Shown here: piece by piece, positions 29,179 to 38,181 of the stretch
Layout of the letters: each line of letters begins with the position of its first letter
Position numbering within the stretch: position 1 is the stretch's first letter
Assembly (NCBI GenBank): GCA_024421085.1
Contig: JAHQYN010000006.1
Location: 1-60,518, forward strand
Length of the DNA: 60,518 bases
DNA from: Acidimicrobiia bacterium
GTDB taxonomy: Bacteria > Actinomycetota > Acidimicrobiia > Acidimicrobiales > Aldehydirespiratoraceae
Reading direction: 5' to 3'
The notes under the pieces: model-generated
What the model was told of the DNA's origin: nothing
The model's database searches: none
The model's input: the letters and a program-made list of their open reading frames with translations, nothing else
Position numbers and translations under genes: made by a program

Positions 29179-30600
29179 TTGGAGAGCGTGAGAAAGCACT
29201 GGCCGGGGCTCGGGGCGGCGGGGACGACGCTGTTGTTGGGGCTCTGGCGGATCGATGTGCCGACTCCGCACTATGACGAACCGTTGTATGTGGAGGTTGG
29301 GCGGAGTTTCCTTGACGGCGACCTGACTCACATCCTGTGGCATCGGCATCCGCCGGTCGGGACCTACGCGTTCGGGGTTGCTCAGTTGTTGTTCGGGGAT
29401 GGGATTCCGTCGGCTCGCTTGGCTTCGTTGGCCGCTGGTGTGGTGACCACCTTCTTGGTCTGGTCGTTGGTGTCGCGTCTGGCGGGTCGAGACGTGGCTG
29501 GGTTCGCTGCGTTGGCTTGGGCTTGTCTGCCGCAGTCGTTGAGTTCTGGTGAGGTAGACACGATCATCGAGCGGCCCGAGACGTTGGCGCTATTCGAATC
29601 GATCACAACGATGTTCATGGTGGCGGCGGTCTGGGCGGGTGTGCGTGCCCTGTCCGATGAACGGTGGCGTTGGGTGGTGGCGTTGGGCGCCTTTGTGGGC
29701 CTTGCCGCGGCTACCAAGTTGACGGGTTCTCTGGTCGGGCCGCCTGTTGTTGTGGCGCTCTGGCTCACCCGGCGCTCGCGGCTCAGTCTGTATCAGGGGG
29801 CTGTGGCTGCGGGCACGTCGTTGGTTGTCTGGGCTGCAACTTATGCACCGTTCGGGCGTGCCGCGAATGAGGCGTGGGTCGGCTTGTGGGATGCGACCGC
29901 GGCCCATATGGATGTGGGTCATCGGCAGTATGTGGCTGGCGCGGTGTATGACAATCCGCCTTGGTGGACTCCGTTCTGGCATCATCTTGATGCTGACGGT
30001 CAGTTGTTGAGCGCGGTTCTGGTGGGTCTTGTGCTGTTGTCGGTGCCGCGTTGGCGTCAGCCGGAGGTGGCGTTGGTGGCGGGTGTGGCGGCGGTGATAG
30101 TCACGGCTCTCTGTTTGTCTTCGATTCAGCTTCGGCACTATCGGTTGGTGGCGTTGCCGTTCCTGTTCGTGTTGGCGGCCGTGGGGGCGCAGGTGTTGTG
30201 GGCGAGACGGGATCGGGTGGCTCGAACGGCCGCGGTCGCGGCTTTCGGGATTGTGGCTTTGTTCGCAGTCGATGCTGTCATTGATCGGGTCACGCTTCAG
30301 CCGGCGGGGTATGCGGCGGTTGGGGAGGTTCTGGAAGCTGAGGGTTTGGGTGACAGGGATGTCTACGTTTTCGGGTCGCCGCACCTGCAACGCCACTACT
30401 TGGGGGATCGTGTGGTTGGGGGTATGTCGGGTGATCCTATTCCTGTTGGTGCGGTGGTTGTTACCGAGCAGAATTGGGAGTTGCGTTTCCCGGTTCAGCG
30501 TGAGGGTGTTGTGCTGTGGGGGTCTGACGGTGAGCGGGTGTCGTTGTCTGCAGCGCGTGACAGTCGTCAACTCGGTCCCGTGACTCTTTGGTTGCCGTAG
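29179..30600 (+). CDS. GT-C membrane glycosyltransferase (ArnT/PMT, GT39/GT83-like)
   Basis: YDEPLY, HPPVG and LAAATKLTG motifs, many TM helices; GGAGG RBS before TTG 29179. Confidence 0.82.
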   Translation: MESVRKHWPGLGAAGTTLLLGLWRIDVPTPHYDEPLYVEVGRSFLDGDLTHILWHRHPPVGTYAFGVAQLLFGDGIPSARLASLAAGVVTTFLVWSLVSRLAGRDVAGFAALAWACLPQSLSSGEVDTIIERPETLALFESITTMFMVAAVWAGVRALSDERWRWVVALGAFVGLAAATKLTGSLVGPPVVVALWLTRRSRLSLYQGAVAAGTSLVVWAATYAPFGRAANEAWVGLWDATAAHMDVGHRQYVAGAVYDNPPWWTPFWHHLDADGQLLSAVLVGLVLLSVPRWRQPEVALVAGVAAVIVTALCLSSIQLRHYRLVALPFLFVLAAVGAQVLWARRDRVARTAAVAAFGIVALFAVDAVIDRVTLQPAGYAAVGEVLEAEGLGDRDVYVFGSPHLQRHYLGDRVVGGMSGDPIPVGAVVVTEQNWELRFPVQREGVVLWGSDGERVSLSAARDSRQLGPVTLWLP

Positions 30601-30719
30601 GTTTCGGATTGGTCCGTCGGCCGGGCGGGTCTGTCGCGTGGTGTCGCGCCGGTGCCCTAGCTTGCGAATATCAACGCTGTGGCTCGCGTTCTGGGGGTGC
30701 CGCCGGGTTCCGAGCGCCG

Positions 30720-33479
30720 TCAGGAGTTGGGCATGGTTCGCATCTTGGGGGGAAGCATCGGCCGGACCCAGGCGGCGAACGCGTCGGGGAGGCCGGCCAG
30801 ACGCCAGATGAACGTGACGGCCTCTGCTCGTGTCGTGGGGTTGTCGGGGGAGAAGGTCGTCGGTGAGGTGCCCGTGGTGATACCGTGCTCGACCATCCAA
30901 CGTACCGCGTCGCTGTAGTAGGAGCCTGCAGGCACGTCCTCGAAGGTCGAGTCGACGTTCGGTTCAGGCGTTCCGGCGAAGCGCCAGAGGAAGGTGGATG
31001 CTTGCGCCCTCGTCAATGTCATCTCTGGTGAGAAGGTCGTGGGCGAGGTTCCAGTGGTCACTCGGTATTCCGTCAGCAGGTGGACAGCATCGTGGTATGA
31101 AGCGTCAGCGGCGATGTCCTCGAAGTTGTTGCGCTTGTGCGGCCTCTTGCGTCCTTCGAAACGCCAGAGGATCTCGGCGAACTCGGCCCGGTTGATCTGG
31201 TCGTGGGGCCCGAGTCGCTGCGGGGCCGCGCCTGAGACGACCTCCTCGTTGGCCGCCCAGAGCACCGGCTCGTAGAAGTAGTCGTCGGGAGACAGATCGC
31301 TGAACTCGAAGACGGGCACCGCTTCGGGAGCGGGGTTGGTTGGCCATTCAATGGTGAACTGGGAGCCGACGGGTGGACGGCAGCCTTGAGCCGTCTTGCA
31401 GCCCCTCCAGATCGCATAGAACAGCCAGGCACCGTAGGGCTCGCCGTTGCGGCGCAGCGTCACCGACCTGCCCGCGTCGTGGACGGTGACCTCGGCGAAG
31501 AGGACGTGCCCCGACTTGGGAGCATTGGCGATGTCGATTCCACGCAGGGAGGTGATGTTGAGAGGCGCCTCCCCACCGACCGTGTAGTTGTTGAGCCAAC
31601 GCGTCAGCTCGGCGATGGAGTAGGAACGGGTCCAGGTGGCGTTGGGATTGCGCGCTCGGCCGGTTTCTGGATCAACCGCGGCGTCGAAAGGATCCGGCTT
31701 GGGGACCAGGAAGGGCAGGTCGACTCCGCCGGACCAGACGTCGGACGGTTTGGCAGTGTGTCCGCCGTTGCTCGAAGAGTAGAAGGCTTGAGCGATCCGC
31801 GGTTCATTGACGACAGTGGCCTCACCGTTCTGCGTCCCGCTGCCGGTCACGTCGCCTGTCTCGTCGTCGGTCCGCTGGGACGATCCGTCCTCGGCGCTGC
31901 CTTCGGTGTCAGGGCTTTCGGTTGTCGGGTTTGTGGTGTCAGGGTTTTGGGTTGTCGGGTTTGTGGTGTCAGGGTTTTGGGTTGTCGGGTTTGTGGTGTC
32001 AGGGTTTTGGGTTGTCGGGTCTTCGTTGGTCGCGATCTCGGCCTGATAGACGACGACCTCTGCCGCGGTCTCGTTGACGGCGTCGCACCATGAGTGCCAG
32101 ACACAACCCGACTCGCGGGCCCAGCCGGTGAACACCTGATCCGCGGTCGAGTCGTAGAGGTTGAAGGGCTCGTCGGCCCAGTCGCCCGCCGCCGCACGGT
32201 TCACGATCGTTGCGGCCGCATAACTGCGGGCTGCCACCGCCTGCGCCTTCAGTGCCTCGGCCGGCCAGTCGGTCGGCACTTCCTGGAGTCCGTAGAGGTA
32301 CTTCTCCATGTCGAGGTCGGCGACCACTACGCAGAACTCGAGACCGGTGCCGCAACGGTCGGGGGTGCTGCCGTTGAGCGGCACTCCCGCGGGATGCAGC
32401 AGGTAGCGCGCGCCCGCATATGATCCGAGGTTCGGACCGTCCTCGAACTCCTCGACCACGGCTCTCGTGCCGACCGTCTGCACAACCTCGAGTGCCGTGT
32501 TGAGACAGCGTGAGTCGTTGTCGCACAGGTCGGTGGTGACCCCGGCCGACTCGTCGGTGTACTCGGCATGCCAGCGTGCCCCGTCGTAGCGGGTGGTGAG
32601 CGGCAGGGTGCTCAGGCCGATCAACTGCCCACCCGCCTCGACACTGAGTTCCCATTTTCCCGGCCCGAGTTCGTCGAGCGGGGTGGAGATGGCTATCTCC
32701 TCGCGAACGCCGATCAGGACGTTGGGCGTGCCCGGTTGCACCCGCCTGAGGCGCGAATGCGTGATGCAGAACTCGAGTCCCGTGCCGCAGACATCGGGCG
32801 TGGCGCCGTCGACAGCCACGCCAGCAGGCCGCAGGAGGTATCGCCCCCCTAAATGTGAGCCGAGATTGGGACCGTCCTCGTACTCCTCGATCACCGCGCG
32901 GGTGCCGATCGTCTGGGCCACCTCGAGCACGGTGTTCTCACAGAGCGCCTGACCGTCGCAGACATCGGTGGTGGTCCCGGTGGTCTTGTCGGTGTACTCG
33001 GCGTGCCAGCGTGCCCCGTCGTAGTGGGTGGTGAGCGGCAGGGTGCTCACCCCGACCACCGTGCCGCCGACTTCGACCGACAGCTCCCACTCTCCGGGAC
33101 CGAGCTCCTCGAGCGGGGTGGAAATGGCAATCAGCTCCCGAACGCCGACGTCGACGTCGACGGTCTCGGGAACGCGGTCCGGGTCGAACTCCTTGAAGTC
33201 GGTTATCGGCGCGAGGGTCGTGCCGTCGTAGTAGAAGCTGAGGATCTTGTCGTAGGTATCGCCGGCGAGCGCGCGTCCGTAGGCGCCGTACTGGCTCAAC
33301 CCGACCGCGTGCCCGAAACCGCGGCCGTTCAGTACCACGAGGCTCGAGTCGCCGCCTTCAGCGCCGCCTTCAATGTCGCCGCCTTCAGGGCCGCCGTTCG
33401 CGTCGACCTGGGCAAACGCTGGTGAAGCCGCCAAGCACAACCCGAGCAGACAACACAGCAGTGATCGTGAGAATCTCAA
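30720..33479 (-). CDS. Secreted SpoIID/LytB-domain protein with three C-terminal SLH domains
   Basis: Signal peptide; GRGFGHAVGLSQYGA, EALKAQAVAARSYA, YSSSNGG; SLH repeats (TTGTSPTTFSP…TRA). Confidence 0.88.
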   Translation of the reverse strand: MRFSRSLLCCLLGLCLAASPAFAQVDANGGPEGGDIEGGAEGGDSSLVVLNGRGFGHAVGLSQYGAYGRALAGDTYDKILSFYYDGTTLAPITDFKEFDPDRVPETVDVDVGVRELIAISTPLEELGPGEWELSVEVGGTVVGVSTLPLTTHYDGARWHAEYTDKTTGTTTDVCDGQALCENTVLEVAQTIGTRAVIEEYEDGPNLGSHLGGRYLLRPAGVAVDGATPDVCGTGLEFCITHSRLRRVQPGTPNVLIGVREEIAISTPLDELGPGKWELSVEAGGQLIGLSTLPLTTRYDGARWHAEYTDESAGVTTDLCDNDSRCLNTALEVVQTVGTRAVVEEFEDGPNLGSYAGARYLLHPAGVPLNGSTPDRCGTGLEFCVVVADLDMEKYLYGLQEVPTDWPAEALKAQAVAARSYAAATIVNRAAAGDWADEPFNLYDSTADQVFTGWARESGCVWHSWCDAVNETAAEVVVYQAEIATNEDPTTQNPDTTNPTTQNPDTTNPTTQNPDTTNPTTESPDTEGSAEDGSSQRTDDETGDVTGSGTQNGEATVVNEPRIAQAFYSSSNGGHTAKPSDVWSGGVDLPFLVPKPDPFDAAVDPETGRARNPNATWTRSYSIAELTRWLNNYTVGGEAPLNITSLRGIDIANAPKSGHVLFAEVTVHDAGRSVTLRRNGEPYGAWLFYAIWRGCKTAQGCRPPVGSQFTIEWPTNPAPEAVPVFEFSDLSPDDYFYEPVLWAANEEVVSGAAPQRLGPHDQINRAEFAEILWRFEGRKRPHKRNNFEDIAADASYHDAVHLLTEYRVTTGTSPTTFSPEMTLTRAQASTFLWRFAGTPEPNVDSTFEDVPAGSYYSDAVRWMVEHGITTGTSPTTFSPDNPTTRAEAVTFIWRLAGLPDAFAAWVRPMLPPKMRTMPNS
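31905..32020. repeat. 30-bp tandem repeat (~3.9 copies) encoding a PTTQNPDTTN linker
   Basis: Unit ggtgtcagggttttgggttgtcgggtttgt. Confidence 0.95.
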
Positions 33480-33559
33480 TGGCTGCTCTCATGGTGTCGT
33501 GATCAGGCATGGCGCGCGCCCATATGGGCAGCGCCATTCTACCGGGGCGAGGCGCCTGT

Positions 33560-34294
33560 TCAGGGTGACCCTGCCGAGGGGCGTCGGCGGCGACGGGTCA
33601 GAACTCCGTACTTCACGATGCAACCGAGCGCGGCTGCACCGTCACGCCAGTTGATCTTCTTGCCCTCCGCATAGGTGCGCCCCGAGTAGGAGATCCCGAC
33701 CTCCCAGATTCGCCAGCCCCCCGCGGCTACCTTCGCGGTGATCTCAGGTTCGATGCCGAACCGGTTCTCGCGCAGGTCGAGACTGCGGACCACCTCGGCG
33801 CGGAAGGCCTTGTAGCAGGTTTCCATGTCGGTGAGGTTCAAGTCAGTGAACATGTTCGAGAGCAGCGTGAGGAACCGGTTCCCGACCGAATGCCAGAAGT
33901 ACAGGACCCGACGGGGCCGGCCCGACTGGAAGCGGCTGCCGTAGACCACGTCGGCGGAACCGCTGAGCAGCGGTTCAAGGACGATGTCGTAGTCGCGCGG
34001 GTCGTATTCGAGGTCGGCGTCCTGGACGATCACGAACTCCGCCGACACGACCTCGAAACCACGTCGGACCGCGGCCCCCTTGCCGCGGTTCTCGGTCTGC
34101 GCCAGGATCCGCACCCGGGAGTCGTCGAAGCCGTCGAGCAGTTCGCGGGTGCCGTCGGTCGAGCCGTCATCGACGATGACCAGCTCCGCTGTGTGAGGGC
34201 TCGCCAGCACGCGCTTGACCATCTCCGCGACGGTCGCGGCCTCGTTGTAGCAGGGCATGACGACGCTGAGGCGGGGGCCGAGGGTCTCGTCCAT
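33560..34294 (-). CDS. Glycosyltransferase family 2 (polyprenol-phosphate glycosyltransferase-like)
   Basis: VMPCYNE, DDGSTDG, QDADLEY and TDMETCYK motifs. Confidence 0.93.
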   Translation of the reverse strand: MDETLGPRLSVVMPCYNEAATVAEMVKRVLASPHTAELVIVDDGSTDGTRELLDGFDDSRVRILAQTENRGKGAAVRRGFEVVSAEFVIVQDADLEYDPRDYDIVLEPLLSGSADVVYGSRFQSGRPRRVLYFWHSVGNRFLTLLSNMFTDLNLTDMETCYKAFRAEVVRSLDLRENRFGIEPEITAKVAAGGWRIWEVGISYSGRTYAEGKKINWRDGAAALGCIVKYGVLTRRRRRPSAGSP

Positions 34295-34393
34295 GGGCGA
34301 ACAACGCTAGCGGCAAGCCACCCATGGAGCGTGCGAGCACAGCAGTGCCGTCCATCGGCGAACAACCCCGGCGACGACGCTAACGTCGGTGCC

Positions 34394-35644
34394 ATGATCT
34401 TGAGCGTGCCCGACCCGGGCACGGACAGCGGTCCTCGCATCCTGGTCTGCGGCTGGTCGGGGGCAGGCAACATCGGCGACGAACTGCTGACTTCTGCTGT
34501 GGTCGAATCTCTGCGTTGCGCGGGGGCGGTCCCGGTGGTCGTCTCGCGGGACCCCCAAGCCACATCGGCCCTGCACGGCGTTGAGACCGTGGCTCGGGGC
34601 CCGCGGGGATGGCTCCGCGCACTGGCCGAAGGGCGCGGCGGCTCAGGCGTGAAGGAGGGCTCAGGCGTGGCGAAGGGCTCGGGCGGGGCGAAGGGCTCAG
34701 GCGTGGCGAAGGGCTCAGGCGTGGCGAAGGGCTCGGGCGGGGCGAAGGGCTCAGGCGTGAAGGAGGGCTCGGGCGGGGCGAAGGGCTCGGGCGGGGCGAA
34801 GGGCTCGGGCGGGGCGATAGACGGCGTGTGCATCGGCCCCGGTGGGATCATCCAGGACTGGACCAGCATCTGGAGCCTGCCGGGTCACCTTCTGGCGCCG
34901 CTCGGCCCGGCGCTGCGCGGTAGGCCCGTGGTCGGCGTGGGGCTGGGCGCCGATCCCTTGAAGCGCGGCTGGTCGCGGCGGATCCTTCGAACCCTGCTGC
35001 GCGACTCCCCCGTAGTGGTGCGCGATCGAGCATCAGCGGCGGCGATGGCTGCTGCCGGTGTCGACACCGCGGTCGGCGCGGACCTGGTGTTCGGCCTGGA
35101 CCTTGATGCGTTGCCGCGGCGCACGGAGATCGTCGTGGCCCTGGGACCGGGCGCAGCCCCGGGACCGCTGCGCCCCGCTGGCCGTTCGCTGAGCACTGAG
35201 GACCCCTCCCGGGTCGCTGCCGGGCTCGGCGCGCTCGCCGAGCGTCTCGGGGCAACGGTCGCCCTGGCCTGCTTCCGCGGCGGGCGCGACCGACAGTACG
35301 CCCAGCTTCTGGCTTCGCGGATCCGCCTGGACACCGAGATTCTGGGACCCGGCATCGATGCCCAGGTGGACCGAATCCGCTCCGCCCGGCTTTTGGTCAG
35401 CAGCCGCTACCACCCGGTAGTGATAGCTGCACGCAGCGGCACGCCCGCGATCGTCTGCTCGAATGAGGCCAAGCTCGGCTCGCTCGTCGCGCAACTCGAC
35501 AGTCCGCTGGTGGCGAGGGTCCAAGACTGGTCGCAGCTGGCGGCCTGCGAGGTGCCCGAACCGGGCGACCCGGTGGTCCCGCCCGGGGTCTCACTGCACC
35601 ACGACGCTCTGCGCGCGCTGGTGGCCGCCAGCGCGGCGCGCTGA
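34394..35644 (+). CDS. Polysaccharide pyruvyl transferase (CsaB-like)
   Basis: GWSGAGNIGDE, GPGGIIQDWTS, VRDRAS, ADLVF and SRYH motifs. Confidence 0.82.
   Translation: MILSVPDPGTDSGPRILVCGWSGAGNIGDELLTSAVVESLRCAGAVPVVVSRDPQATSALHGVETVARGPRGWLRALAEGRGGSGVKEGSGVAKGSGGAKGSGVAKGSGVAKGSGGAKGSGVKEGSGGAKGSGGAKGSGGAIDGVCIGPGGIIQDWTSIWSLPGHLLAPLGPALRGRPVVGVGLGADPLKRGWSRRILRTLLRDSPVVVRDRASAAAMAAAGVDTAVGADLVFGLDLDALPRRTEIVVALGPGAAPGPLRPAGRSLSTEDPSRVAAGLGALAERLGATVALACFRGGRDRQYAQLLASRIRLDTEILGPGIDAQVDRIRSARLLVSSRYHPVVIAARSGTPAIVCSNEAKLGSLVAQLDSPLVARVQDWSQLAACEVPEPGDPVVPPGVSLHHDALRALVAASAAR
34640..34819. repeat. 18-bp tandem repeat x10, in frame (GSG[V/G][A/K][K/E])
   Basis: Units such as ggctcaggcgtggcgaag and ggctcgggcggggcgaag. 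Confidence 0.95.
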
Positions 35645-35694
35645 CGGGCCCGACCGGGCTGGGCCGGCGCGAAGCGGGCCAGACCGAGACTTGC

Positions 35695-36459
35695 TCAGTC
35701 GTGGTGGGCCTGCAGCGTCTTGTCGTTTGAATCCACATTCGCCAGATACTCCGAGACGACATCGTCGGGAGCGCCGACCCGCATGAGCCTGCCGTGGTCG
35801 AGCCAGCCGACCTTGTCGCACTCGGCCATGAGGTCGGTGCTGTGTGAGACCATCACTATCGTCGTGCCGTTGTCGCGGAGCAGGTCCATATGCGCCACGC
35901 ACTTCCGCTGGAACTCTTCGTCACCGACCGCCACGACCTCGTCGACCAGCAGGATGTCTGGGTTGATGTTCACTGCCACCGCGAAGCCGAGGCGCACATA
36001 CATGCCAGTCGAGTAGATCTTCACAGGCTCATCGACAAAGTCCCTGATTCCGCTGAACTCGATGATCTCTTCCATTGAGGCGGCCATCTGCCTGCGCGTG
36101 AATCCCAGCATCGCCCCGTTGAGGTAGACGTTCTCACGTCCGGTCAGGTCGGGGTGGAAACCCGATCCGAGCTCGAGCAGGGCCGACAGGCGACCGGTCG
36201 TCTCGACTGAGCCGAGCGTCGGTCGGTGGATGCCCGCCATGAGCCGGAGCAGCGTCGACTTGCCGCTGCCGTTGTGGCCGATGAGGCCGAACGAGGAGCC
36301 CGTCCTGATCTTCAGGCTGACGTCCCGCAGCGCCCAGAACTCGTCGGTGTCGCGAGACCTTCCCATCCGCAGGATCGCTTCTTTGAGCGAGCTCGGGCGA
36401 TTGCGTTCAAGCCGGAAGCGCTTCGAGACGGCCTCGACGGTGATCGCTCCGACGGTCAT
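35695..36459 (-). CDS. wzt: Polysaccharide ABC exporter ATP-binding subunit
   Basis: FWALRDVS, GHNGSGKST, YSTGM and LVDEV motifs. Confidence 0.92.
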   Translation of the reverse strand: MTVGAITVEAVSKRFRLERNRPSSLKEAILRMGRSRDTDEFWALRDVSLKIRTGSSFGLIGHNGSGKSTLLRLMAGIHRPTLGSVETTGRLSALLELGSGFHPDLTGRENVYLNGAMLGFTRRQMAASMEEIIEFSGIRDFVDEPVKIYSTGMYVRLGFAVAVNINPDILLVDEVVAVGDEEFQRKCVAHMDLLRDNGTTIVMVSHSTDLMAECDKVGWLDHGRLMRVGAPDDVVSEYLANVDSNDKTLQAHHD

Positions 36460-37268
36460 GGTTCCTCGCTGATCGACATGCTCTGCCTGCGAAAGAACAC
36501 CCAGCCGATCGAGAAGGCTGCGACAGTCCAGACCGACGACGCCAACAGGCGGTTCCAGCTTGGAACCTGCAGGAAATAGACGGCGTCTCGCGACGTCTCG
36601 ATGAACAGGGCCACGGGATTCCATTCCAGCAGCACACGGGCTGTCTGTGGCAGGTCCTTGTCTTGGAGGAGTTGCGGCGTGTAGACGATGGGAACTGCGA
36701 AGAAGGCAACGTTCAGCAGGATGCCGACCAGATAGCTGACATCGCGGTAACGGGCATTGAGCACCGATGCGATGAACCCGAGCCCCAGCCCGAAGCCCAG
36801 CGCGAACACCATCGCGACGGGCAGGAACACCACGGTCCAGCCGATGTTGGAGAACGCTGCCATGATCGCCAGCAGCACCACAACCTCCAGCGTGGTCTGC
36901 ACGAGGTTCGACGCGGCACCTCCCAACAGGGCCGTCTCGGTCGGGAAATAGATCTTCTTGCGCAGATCGCTCACCGAGCTCAGCCAGACCATCGAACCGC
37001 CGACCAGCCCCGTGAACAAGGTCCAGATGACGAGACCCGTGAAGAGGTAGAGGCCGAAACTCTCGGCGTTGCCGTTGGCGGTCTTCGGCGCCTCGGCCCC
37101 GTATATCGCGCCGAACACGAACCAATAGACAGCCACGGTCACCAGCGGGTTCATGAACGACCAGAACCATCCGAGCACGCTGCGCTTGTAGCGGGCCTTC
37201 GACTCGCGTTCAGCGAAGTGGTAGGTCAAGGTGATGCTCTTGCGCACCGAGGGCGAGACCGAGGGCAT
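36456..37268 (-). CDS. wzm: Polysaccharide ABC exporter permease
   Basis: RYKRSVLGWFWSFMNP, KKIYFP and RYRD motifs; ATGA overlap with wzt. Confidence 0.92.
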   Translation of the reverse strand: MPSVSPSVRKSITLTYHFAERESKARYKRSVLGWFWSFMNPLVTVAVYWFVFGAIYGAEAPKTANGNAESFGLYLFTGLVIWTLFTGLVGGSMVWLSSVSDLRKKIYFPTETALLGGAASNLVQTTLEVVVLLAIMAAFSNIGWTVVFLPVAMVFALGFGLGLGFIASVLNARYRDVSYLVGILLNVAFFAVPIVYTPQLLQDKDLPQTARVLLEWNPVALFIETSRDAVYFLQVPSWNRLLASSVWTVAAFSIGWVFFRRQSMSISEEP

Positions 37269-37297
37269 GAAGGAGAACTGCACGGGCGGTTGGGAGC

Positions 37298-37918
37298 CTA
37301 TCGACGGCGGGCCGGAGCGGCGAAGATTTCTTCTGCGAGCTGGCGGGCCACGGCTTCGAGCGGCTCATCGACTGTGACCACCCGGTCGGCGTGCTGTGCC
37401 GACGGCGCGACGAACCTGTCGTGCATGGGCGCGACGGTCGCCCGGAACTGGCGCTGCACGTCGTCGGCGTTGCGGCCGCGTTCACGCACGTCGCGCTGCA
37501 CCCGCCGCTTGAGGCGCACCTTCTCGTCAACGTCTATGAACACTGCCAGGTCGATAAGGTCCCTGAGTGCTCGGAAGTGCAGCAGCAGGATGCCGTCGAG
37601 AACCACGGTCTCGGTGGGCTGCACCACTGTCGCCCCGCCGGTGCGGGTGTGGGTGGCGAAGTCGTACTCGGGAATCTCCACCGGGCGGCCCCGGCGAAGC
37701 TCCCGCAGGTGCTCTGTGAACAGTTCGTGGTCGAGTGAGTCGGGGTGGTCGTAGTTGACCTGAGTCCTCTCCGCCATGGTGATGTGGGAGAGGTCACGGT
37801 AGTAGGAATCGAAGGCAACCGGCGAGGTCCGGTCCTCGCCGAGGCAGCGGATCAACTCGTTTACGAGGGTCGTCTTTCCCGCGCCCGAGCCGCCGCAGAC
37901 CCCTACGATGTTTCCCAC
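37298..37918 (-). CDS. udk: Uridine kinase (start uncertain)
   Basis: GGSGAGKTT, DSYY, NYDHPDSLD and RDVRERGR motifs. Confidence 0.92.
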   Translation of the reverse strand: MGNIVGVCGGSGAGKTTLVNELIRCLGEDRTSPVAFDSYYRDLSHITMAERTQVNYDHPDSLDHELFTEHLRELRRGRPVEIPEYDFATHTRTGGATVVQPTETVVLDGILLLHFRALRDLIDLAVFIDVDEKVRLKRRVQRDVRERGRNADDVQRQFRATVAPMHDRFVAPSAQHADRVVTVDEPLEAVARQLAEEIFAAPARRR

Positions 37919-38055
37919 GACCGCACACCGTACCCTGGTCAACCGGTCGCCATAATCCACCGGTCGCCATTTTCCGGGGGCGTGCCAGAAATCCCCATAC
38001 GCTCCAGAATCGACGAGCATGCCCAGCCGAACCAGCGCAACACCACCAGAGAATC

Positions 38056-38175
38056 GAACCTGCGAAGGGCGAATCCACGAAGGGCGAATCCACGAAGGGC
38101 GAACCTGCGAGGGGCGAATCTGCGTAGGGCGAATCTGCGAAGGGCGAATCTGCGAAGGGCGAATCCACGAAGGGC
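38056..38175. repeat. 15-bp tandem repeat x8
   Basis: Consensus gaatc(c/t)(a/g)cgaagggc; ends 6 bp before the enoyl-CoA hydratase ATG. Confidence 0.95.
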
Positions 38176-38181
38176 AATGCC

